NCBI GenBank assembly: GCA_951406725.2
Contig: OX597825.1
Coordinates: 60,140,001-60,204,000, forward strand
Direction: 5' to 3'
Length of the DNA: 64,000 nt
Source of the DNA: Octopus vulgaris
Lineage: Eukaryota
Both the position numbers and the translations under genes were made by a program. The notes below the pieces were generated by a model. The model saw only the letters and a list, made by a program, of their open reading frames with translations, made no database searches and was not told where the DNA came from. Positions 53,821-64,000 of the stretch are shown here, in pieces (position 1 is the stretch's first letter; every line of letters begins with the position of its first letter).

Positions 53821-54448
53821 ATTAAAAAAATGTTAATCCATATCTAGGACACGAGGCCCAAAATATTTCTCGTCTGGAGTAGGAGATAATGTTTCTCATA
53901 GTACTCTGCCTACACTTGTATCTACCACGGAAATATAAAACATCAAAGAGGAATTCGGTAAGATTTGACCTCAGGGCGTAAAGAGTCAAAAGCCAAACAA
54001 ATGATTTAAGTTGTTTCGCGCCTTGTTCTAACGATTCCGCAAAATTCCTCTTGGCAAATATGCTAATAGTGATAGACTCAAAGATAAATATTTTGACAGA
54101 TTATCCATCCCTTTAAATTTACTTGAGGATAGAAATGGAAGTTATTTCAAACACAGCCGGTAGGTGAACGGGATTCGAACTGAGTATGTAAAGGCATGGT
54201 AATACAAATCGAAATACATTCTGTTCCTCGTTTTACAACTTAAAGCATTTAGCCAATTACAATCATGTGAACGGCAAGGAAGAAGACGATGATGTAGGAG
54301 AAGAGAAAGCAGAAATTTATAAGAACAAAAGGAAGAAAAAAGGTAATAGTTGCCGTAGTGCTTCTTGCAGTACATGTAGTAAATGTAGTAGGAGATAATG
54401 ATGATGATACGAACGGAGAAGCAAAAGTAGTAGTAGTATTAGTAGTAA

Positions 54449-54480
<32 letters not shown>

Positions 54481-55966
54481 CTAGTAGTAGGGAAGACGCA
54501 AGAGGAGAGAGAGGAATAATATTGATTAATTTCTTCATTTGCTCTATTATCGTTTTTGTTTCTCATATTTTCTTCATCTTGAGCTGAATGTCTCAATGCT
54601 ATGAAAGAGGAAAAAATAAAATAAAGAATCGAAAGTCTAAAGCTATATAGTTAGTAGAAAATGTAACTTACTTCGGTATCTCGAGAAAGTGTCAAATGAA
54701 AAGTTAAAAATATAAGAAATATATGTAACAACAAATAAATCCATCTGGATTGATAAACGTTTTTAAAAGCAACAATCCGCGATATTGGTTCCGCAATGTC
54801 TCAATCAAGGACTGCAATATGCGAAAGAGAAAGAAAAATATCCTAAATAAACGAAATTAGTTCTCTAGTAAGTGAGCGCAGAGTAGTACATTTGTCAATG
54901 AAAATATAGAAATTCTACCTCGTCCAATATCAGAAATAATACACGATTTTCTGTCACTTTTTTTTCAGTAAGGATATGATTCATGAAAACCCATAATCCT
55001 AGAGATTATTCTATGCATTGTTGATGACGTGATGTGAAAAGAGATACGTAAAGGCAGCTCTGTGTTATTTCTAGAGAAAATACTCGGAAACGAAGCGAAC
55101 AAATGTATAAATCAGAATTTCTGTCCAATTTACCGCTGAATGAGAAGAAAAGAAATCATGTCTCAGCAATCGGTGAGCTGAAGGAGTGTTTGTAAAAAGC
55201 TAGCTTGTTTCAATGGAGCAGACTTTATGCTGTACAAGCTGCCTCGAATTCTATGCTGAAGTTATTTAGTAGATATACATAGACCATTTATCTTTTCTCT
55301 GCAATCATCCTTTCGTATACTAGATGAATATATAGAAGCAAACAAATATAGGATGGATAATTCAGTATTCTAAAGTATTACACAGCAAGTAGTTAAAATT
55401 TGTTAACTGGTACTACATTATTGTGTTAATATTAATTCCAAGTAAGGTCGCAGCCATTAGTTTGCCATAAATCTCTGTGTCAAATAATTACAATTATAAG
55501 TTTACGATTTTACACAAACGCCGAGTTAGCATTTCATTTTAGGAATGCTTTTAGATTTGCAAACATGTTTGTAATATGTTTGTACAGTTGCTATTGTCTA
55601 TGAAACGGGGCCCATACGCTAAGATTTCTATACACTAGAGACAATTAATGTTTTCAGTTAAAGGAACACGCTAATGTACATTTTAACAGCTGGTCGGCTA
55701 ATCAATACAGATAATCAATATGAATTAATATAGTACTTTACTTAAACTTATATCTCGGTATATGTATGTACCTATGTACTTATCTATGTTTACATGTATG
55801 CAGCTATATTCATATATTATCTCACTCTCTCTCCTCCTCTCTCTGTCTTTGCGTAAATATATATATACACATATACATATTCATACATACATTCATATAT
55901 ATATACATACATACATATATATATATAAATATATATATGTATGTATCTATGTATCGGTGTATCTCT

Positions 55967-55998
<32 letters not shown>

Positions 55999-57345
55999 AT
56001 ATCTATATATCTATCTATCTATATATCTATATATATCTATCAATCTATCTATATAAACTGTGAATAGGATAGCTAGACACCTTACAGCAGACGCGGATGT
56101 TCCAGTCGAGTAGGTCGGGATAAAAAATATTTCCCGTCTTTTTCTATAGTGAATATACATTATACAATCGTTCGATACTGTGTGCTCTGTAATGTCTATT
56201 GACAGGACGCTGGTTTGTGTAAACTTACGTACTTAATTCATGTCTTCTAATTTGGACGATCAAACAGTTGATGCCGCTTTGGTGTTATGATTACTTTATC
56301 ATGTTTCTTCTCATGCATTATTATTATATTTCTCATTTATTCTAAATATGTTTGCGTTTGACGATAGTATAGAGACGCGAGTAGAGATGTTATTGATTCT
56401 GGATTCGTTTATATATTTGGATTGATTATCATTACAGTTAGAATATATCTGTACGCAGGTATTGGATAGGATAGTATCCGCAATGCAAAGGGAAATATCT
56501 GAATTTAAGGGGTAGATTTCTGGAAAATATCTGATTTAACTTTCAACTAGTTACCGACATTATCACTTGCTTAAAATATATTTTTTACAATCTATAGAAA
56601 CTCATGTAGGACACCATAACTTATGTATAATATAAAACTCAATTAACAAGTGCACCTTTCATATGGACATATGACAAAAAGCCTTCAATTAATTTAATTA
56701 AATTTATTTTAGTTTTATTCAATCACTGACGAAGTTATATTAGAACAATAAGATATATTTTGACCTAGTTTAGTTTATAAGATTTTCAGTTTCGTCCTGG
56801 AGCTAAGGTTTACATGAGGGTAGATACAAAATATTGTATAGTCATATCAAGTTTCAACACCTCCCTTTCACTTTCCTTTTGTATCTAAACCATAGTAAAA
56901 TAAAGAACTATTCTAACTACGCATAAATAAATTCAGTTCATTTTGGACCACGCTTGTGAAAAGACCCTGAACGAAGATGCATAGCAGAATACTGCACATC
57001 GCATATGCAGCTGCACATACCCTAAAAAGCAGAAACACGTGTCGGTAATTTTAACTAATTATGCCGTATAATTAACTGTTAGATTGGAAGAAAAAATTGA
57101 AGAACCATGTCTCCTTCATCTTTGAAATTATTTTGGATTTATACTACCCAAAATATTCATAGTCTAGTAAACTGAATCTGGATTCACCTATCAGTAGAAT
57201 TACAATGGGATTGTTCACCCTAAGTGATCTTGGTGCTCTTTACTACTTGAATTCATACGGTACCAGCCTCAATAATTTATCCTTGTACACTCATAGTATT
57301 ATTACATGTGTGTGTGTGTATGTCTGTGTCTCTGTGTGTTTGTAC

Positions 57346-57379
<34 letters not shown>

Positions 57380-57382
57380 GTA

Positions 57383-57553
57383 GGCTGTGTGGTAAGAAGC
57401 TTGGTTGCCAACCACATAGTTCCGGGTTTAGTCTAATGCATGACACTTTAGGTAAGTATCTTCTACTTTTGCCTCGGGTTGACCAAAGCCTTTTAATTGA
57501 ATTTGGTAGATGGAACCTGAAATAAGCCCGTATATATATGCATATACATACAT

Positions 57554-57593
<40 letters not shown>

Positions 57594-57808
57594 TTGTAGC
57601 TTTGTGTCTGTGTTTGTCCCTCCACCACCGGTTGACAACCGATGCTGGTGTGTTTATCTCCCCGTAATCTAGCAATTCGGCAAAAGGGAACGATAAAATA
57701 AATACTAGGCTTACAAAGAATAAGTTCGGGGTTCGATTTGTTCAACTAAATTCCCTTAAGGTGGAGCTCCAGCATGGCCGCAGAGAAATGACGGAAACAA
57801 ATAAAAGT
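57383..57808 (+). mobile_element. SINE family B
   Basis: GGCTGTGTGGTAAGAAGCTT...GCTCCAGCATGGCCGCAG. Confidence 0.88.
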
Positions 57809-58495
57809 ATAATAAGACAGTAGTTAAAGTTATGTATAATTGTTACATCTCTCCGGAGATTTGACAATACTTTTAATTATTCAATTTACATTATGTAACT
57901 AATAATCATTTTAGCTTATTAAGCGTAGGTACATGTAAATATTTCATAAACAGTCTCCAATGGATTGTTTTATTTTATATGTATACACGAATACGTACAT
58001 CTGCATACACACACACACACACACACACACACATATCATCAGTTGTTCATATATCAAAAGAAGTAACACACTCTAATACATCAGAGCAGTAATACATTTT
58101 TATTAATTTTTAGGAATGTTTAGTCCGGTCATCGAGTGACCATTAGTTTCGCAGCTATAAGGCGTTTAGCCGTATAGGATATCTGCTAGACTCAAATGGT
58201 CGTAAGTACATAACCTCTCTAGAACTGGAGGAAGGAAAACGTTACGGTCAGTTTTATAAGGAAAAAATAATATACATCCGTAATGGCCGTGCAGGCATGA
58301 CGGGCTTAATTCTCTTACATCAGTTGCACCCGGGGCAATTTTCGCAATTGCTGTCGTTATATTTGGCGAATGAGGATTAAGAGGCTTGTAAATGACACCG
58401 GCATGGCATGACCAACGACTGTAAACACACCAATGCCTGTTTTAGATTCATGAGTTGTATGAAAGTAATGAACATGTTAGGTGCTTGGTGAGGTG

Positions 58496-58697
58496 TACTC
58501 TTTTACCCTTTTACTTGTTTGAGTCATTTGACAGTGGCCATGCACAGCCTTTAGTCGAGCAAATCGACCACAGGACTTATTCTTTGTAAGCTTTATTCTA
58601 TCGGACTCTTTTGCTGAACGTAAACACACCGGCATCGGTTGTCAAGCGATGTTGGTGGTGGTGGTGGGGGGGGGCGAACACACACACACAAACATAT

Positions 58698-58742
<45 letters not shown>

Positions 58743-58883
58743 CATACGACGGGCTTCTTCCACTCACAAGGCTTTGGTCGGCCCGAGGCTATAGTAGAAG
58801 GCACTTGCCTAATGTGCCACGTAGTGGGACTGAATCCGCAACCATGTTTTTGATAAGCAAGCTATATACCACACGGCCACTCC
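58496..58883 (-). mobile_element. SINE family B
   Basis: Homologous to 17745-18122. Confidence 0.85.
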
Positions 58884-59121
58884 GTATGTATTTATATTTG
58901 ATATCAAGTTTGAGATTATCTAAACTGATTGGGATTATTCTTGGTAATCATTGCTGTCGTCTCTCCTTGGGTAAGTGTGAGGTTTCTGAATGCTTCTAAA
59001 TACAAGAAGATACATGCTGGTGTTTGTGATGGTTAAACGTCTCACACTGTGTTATATAATGGCTTTGAAGTTTTGAGATTTTAGAATTTCCCATTGCCTT
59101 ATTGATGTGAGATATAATTCT

Positions 59122-59322
59122 TACCTCTATAGGCACAAGGCATGAAATTGGAAGACAGATAGTGGATCGACATTAGTACTCGACTGATAATCTTTTCATC
59201 GACTCCGAAATGATGAAAGGCGAAAGAGATCTCGGCAGAATTTGAACTCAGAGCGTAGCGACGAATGAAATGCCGCTAAGCATTGCGCTTCGCGTGCTAA
59301 CGTTTCTGCGAGCTTGCCACCT
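59122..59322 (-). mobile_element. SINE family C
   Basis: CTCGGCAGAATTTGAACTCAGAGCGTA...CTAACGTTTCTGC. Confidence 0.8.
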
Positions 59323-59909
59323 GATGTCAGTTATAATGAAAGCATAACATATCTACCTAGGTGTAAGATTTGTATATTTTGCGTATTTTTCAACTTCAGT
59401 TCATACAATATGTGTTTCAATCGTCAGCGTTCAAATCTTATTTTATTTTCAGATATATTATCACTAGAAGTATATTATGTAATGTTCGGTTCTTATGTAA
59501 GACGAGAATATGTTTACAGAAAGATGTAGTTGCTATTTTGGCAGGCCAAGCGAGCAAACAAGCGCTTACATCTTTAGCTGTATCTTTGTTATTAGCTTTT
59601 TGTAGCTGTTTTCTACAAATGACTGATACGTATGTTTGTTTTGGTTTGAAGTGCGTCTATGTTAACGTCTATGTTGATTGTGGTTTAAGTTGCATCATGG
59701 AGGGGTGGCTAATTTCTATTAAAGAAATATTATCTTTCGATTTCTAGTATCTTTTGAACATATATGCTTACTAGTTTCTTTTTTTCTTTCTTCTAACTGC
59801 GTGTAACGTGATACTATCTAATCCAAGAGCAGAATAAAATGGTGCTGTCTGGGAAACACAGAGAATTCCTCTTTTGTATAACGGTATGGTCTGTAAAAAA
59901 TCCGCGAGA

Positions 59910-60148
59910 TGGGCGGCGAGCTGGCAGAAACGTTAGGACTCCGGGCGAAATGCGAAGTGAAGTCGTAATTCGTCTGTCGTTACGTTCTGAGTTCAAATTC
60001 CGCCGAGGTCGACTTTGCCTTTCATCCTTTCGGGGTCGATGAATTAAGTACCAGTTACGCACTGGGGTCGATATAATCGACTTAATCCGTTTGTCTGTCC
60101 TTGTTTGTCCCCTCTGTGTTTAACCCCTTGTGGGTAGTAAAGAAATAG
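59910..60148 (+). mobile_element. SINE family C, well preserved
   Basis: GGCGGCGAGCTGGCAGAAACGTTAG...GAGGTCGACTTTGCCTTTCATCCTTTCGGGGTCGAT. Confidence 0.9.
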
Positions 60149-60792
60149 ATATGTATAAATAGATATGATGATGACAATCATGATGACGACAATGATGATG
60201 ATGTTTATGATGGTGTTGATTATGAAGAGTATCATCATCATGATCATAACTATGAGCGTCATGATCATCCTCATGTTCATCATCATGATCATCAACATTG
60301 TCGTGATTAAGATCATCATTATGATCATCATAATGATGTAACTCCCAGTTTTCCATGGCTCCTTGGCATGGGGCAACAGAAATTTGTGGAGACAACTTTT
60401 TAAGGCAGGATACACTATCTGTCACGTACCCTCACCTGTTTCAAAAATTGATAAAATTATCCCGTCTCCCTCTATGGCATTTCCAGATGATTGGAAACAA
60501 CGCTCCTATGATGTTGATAGTCGTTTACAACCATGCTACCAAATCAACATTAGACACAAACACACATATGATAGCATAATTTTGAAAATGCGTTACATGT
60601 ACTTTTACAGGCATATGTGTGTTTGTGTGTGTATGCATATATGTCTACGTATGCGTGCACGTGCGTGCGTTTCTTTAAATTGAATGTTTATGCAAGGTTA
60701 CGTATATCTGTCTATGTATGTCTTGGCACATTGAGCAATACATACATACATACATACATAAATACATATATATATATATATATATATATATG

Positions 60793-61010
60793 TATAATTA
60801 TCATTTAGGGTATCTAAGAGATACCAAACATGTTGCTAGATATAGCAGCCAAAACTTGACTCAAATTTGGCTGCTGTATCTAGCATGGTTGTTTGGTATC
60901 ACTTAGATACCTTTAATTATAATTTTAATAATAATTATTACCTTTGAAGTTTTTATTCCCATGCTGGCCACCTGATATGATCGGTATTTTAATTATCGAT
61001 CTTATCCTTA
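60793..61010. mobile_element. TA-flanked foldback element, same family as 19097-19365 (opposite orientation)
   Basis: GGTATCTAAGAGATACCAAACA.../...TGTTTGGTATCACTTAGATACC; tail ATGCTGGCCACCTGATA..ATCGGTATTTTAA. Confidence 0.75.
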
Positions 61011-62370
61011 TATATATATATATATATATGGCTAAATGTCCCAAGAATATATATCTGTCTAGACGTCTAGCTACCTGCTTACGTTCGTGTCTCCGTGCTT
61101 TTACGGCTGAGTCTCTAATTTTCTACGTAACAATGTTTGTTTATGTTTATACGTAGTGTCGCCTTAGTGCAGAACTACATATATGCCCGATCATGGAAGA
61201 ATTGTCCAGGCTATTAACCCTATTGATATTTAACTGATGTGATGCTAGCGATAGAGTAGTGACGATTTATTTTAAACATGAATAGAGAAAAGAAACATAA
61301 AATACTGGTTAAAACGAAATGGTCACCATAATTAAAATTTAAGTATTGCGTTAACTAGGTGATAAACGTCACGACCTTCTTTTTAAAATGGCTGAAAGTT
61401 AAACCAATGTCATTATATAAAAGGCGGTGATGAAAACAAAGCTTGCACTTTATTGAAACTGACAAAAGTCTTTTTGGCATTGCACCAAACTTCTAAAAGA
61501 GAATAAAATAATATTCCCGTAGGCAAGTTCATTGGGGATGTTTGGCGTTAGATATAATCTGGCGACAATTATTTGCAAGATTTGTCAGTTTCAAATTTAA
61601 ATACCATTTTAAACTATGTGAATTATACGGGTCCATTCATTTTATTACTATATACTTTTATATTTTATGAGATACTGACATTTTTTGTATTAATTTGATC
61701 CAAAGCATCAAGGATCATAAAATTCGTTTAAATTTCTTTTTGATATCTTTTCTAAAACTCCAATTAATTTTCTCTTCAAACCCGAACATCATTTTATAAG
61801 AGAATTTTAATGAGAAACAAGTGAATTGGAGATTTTATAATTTATATTTATTTCATCTTGGTTTCCTGCTGTATCGATGGCCATTTTTATACCTTTCGTA
61901 CGTAATAATATGAAGAATTAGGCTTGCATCAGATTAAGGATTCTTATATTAAACTTCAGTTTATGTAGATTGGCTTAAAAATTGAATACCGTAAGCCAGT
62001 TAATTCATATTGAAGCTTTGGAGAAACAGCTTGGTCAAAATGTTTCGTTCTGTGTCTGTGCAATCAGTGTTTCTTTTTTCTTATGATATATAACATAAAC
62101 GTGTCGATTCCAGTAAGAATAGGAGAGAGTACACCCCATAAAATCACACATATTGGAAAAGACATTGGATGCGGGCGTTGAAACTTTGATTAGAACATCG
62201 ATGGAAGTTATTTGAGATGCTACAGAGTAATCCCCCTTTTGAAATGCTTACATAAAATGAACAACTGTGTTGTGCATACCACTCTATGCCTACATGTGTG
62301 TGTGGGTGAGTGTGTATAAGAGTATAGGTGGGCGTAAGAATGGGAGCCTGAGTAATATATTTTACTTTGC

Positions 62371-62595
62371 AAGGTGGTGACCTGGCAGAAACGTTAGCAC
62401 ACCGGGCGAAATGCTTAGCAGTATTTCGTCTGTCTTTACATTCTGAATTCAAATTTCGCCGAGGTAGATTTTCCTTTTCATCCTTTCGGGGTCGATTGCT
62501 TAAGTACCAGTTGGTTGCGAACTGGAGTTGTTTTAATCGACTTGCCCCCTCCCCCAAAAAAATTTCGGACCTTTTGCTGCATAGAATAGAAAAGA
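62371..62595 (+). mobile_element. SINE family C
   Basis: AAGGTGGTGACCTGGCAGAAACGTTAGCAC...TCATCCTTTCGGGGTCGAT. Confidence 0.88.
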
Positions 62596-62951
62596 ATGTA
62601 TTTATTTTTGCCATGAATATTCTTTAGTTCAAATGTAACGAGATTAGCAGTCCTTCATGCTCTAGTCATTTCTCTATACCACTTCACTATTTGCGATATC
62701 ATAAATTAATGGCATTTTTTAATAAAGGCAGCAAAGATGAATTAAGAAGTATAAAATCATTATCATAGACAATATAGAAAGTCATACAGGTTTCTACATC
62801 ACTGTTCAGTAACTTGGAATCAACACATCATTTATTTTTATGTATCGTTGTTATATATATATATATATATATAAACCTAGTATATCTTTGTTTCTTTTTA
62901 TTTTTTCCTTATTTATACCACGTGGAGTCTTTTTTCTTTGAAACCTGTTTC

Positions 62952-62991
<40 letters not shown>

Positions 62992-62999
62992 GTTTATAT

Positions 63000-63176
63000 A
63001 TTTACTGTGCAATATTTTTTATGTGAAATCGTGTGTTGAAACAGATATTGTTGTATTTCGGAATGGTCATTTTGCCAGTTTAATGTAAAAAATAAATAAC
63101 ACTGAAGCAAAGTAACACCAAATATATAGTGCGTGTGTTTTTATTGACTAAACTGGCAAAATGACCATTCTGAAAT

Positions 63177-63187
<11 letters not shown>
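63000..63187. mobile_element. TA-flanked element with a 38-bp inverted repeat
   Basis: ATATTGTTGTATTTCGGAATGGTCATTTTGCCAGTTTA / TAAACTGGCAAAATGACCATTCTGAAATACAACAATAT. Related sequence at about 5149-5235. Confidence 0.7.
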
Positions 63188-63227
<40 letters not shown>

Positions 63228-63356
63228 AAATTTAAATTAGTTATAATATGTTTGTGCCGTATTTTAACTGTTAAAAGGCAAATACACTTCAGATAATGTA
63301 TTTCCCTTTTAGTGGTTGAAATACATCACAAACATATTTTACCTAACCTAAATTAT
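63228..63356. repeat. Imperfect ~130-bp palindrome
   Basis: AATATGTTTGTG...AAATACA / TGTATTT...CACAAACATATT. Confidence 0.7.
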
Positions 63357-63405
63357 TCTAATGCCTAAACACTGCTCAGCGCTAATATTTCGTTACAAAC
63401 ACTCA

Positions 63406-63445
<40 letters not shown>

Positions 63446-63646
63446 AACACACATGTGTATATATGCATGTAATCACTTAATCATTAATTGAAAGTACATT
63501 TTTTCTCAAGAAAGTTTGTACTCAAAGGTGCCTACTACTCGTGTTTAGAAGTAGGTACAAATAGAACTAAATTCCCAAACATGTGTTGCAGCATGTATGT
63601 AGGTATGTATGTAGGTATGTATGAATGATGTATATATGTTTGTCTG

Positions 63647-63688
<42 letters not shown>

Positions 63689-63743
63689 TGTAAATATATA
63701 TATATAGAGAGAGATAGATATAGATACATGTATATATATACAC

Positions 63744-63793
<50 letters not shown>

Positions 63794-63807
63794 TCATATA
63801 TACATAC

Positions 63808-63838
<31 letters not shown>

Positions 63839-63878
63839 TATATATATTTATATATATGCACACACCTATACTTGAATC

Positions 63879-63909
<31 letters not shown>

Positions 63910-64000
63910 GCATATATCAAGAGTATATAAATTCATGATCATCAAAACCAACAGCTTAAATAAATGGCCGAATAGAGCTCATTAATGCGACAGGATGGTT

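Noticed and set aside
58134-58193. Hammerhead-like GAGT-CTA-GCAG...CTGC-GAAAC...GTC-ACTC on the minus strand
   Set aside because: The core is reduced to CTA, and the pairings are explained by a surrounding imperfect palindrome.

Overview
AT-rich, microsatellite-dense, non-coding animal DNA. The SINE families look like those I recall from Octopus/cephalopod genomes (inference, not checked). No intact protein-coding gene is supported; nearly all ORFs in the track are microsatellite read-throughs. The window holds many tRNA-derived SINEs (3-4 families), decayed LINE pieces (CR1, RTE, R4/Dong), Tc1/mariner, hAT and Helitron remnants, and a decayed Penelope-like element (RT thumb + GIY-YIG, about 26.9-28.1 kb). 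The main signal is about 11 minimal type-I hammerhead ribozyme (HHR) motifs (stem I - CUGANGA - stem II - GAAAC - mostly palindromic stem III - GUH - stem I'). They sit in at least 7 different short non-coding elements, nearly all in or beside (TA)n runs. These include a near-perfect tandem pair of canonical HHRs that would release a 404-nt monomer (retrozyme-like, 46.6-47.3 kb) and a tRNA-headed, SINE-like element with a Penelope-type HHR tail (6.3-7.1 kb). All folds were read by eye and element boundaries are approximate.
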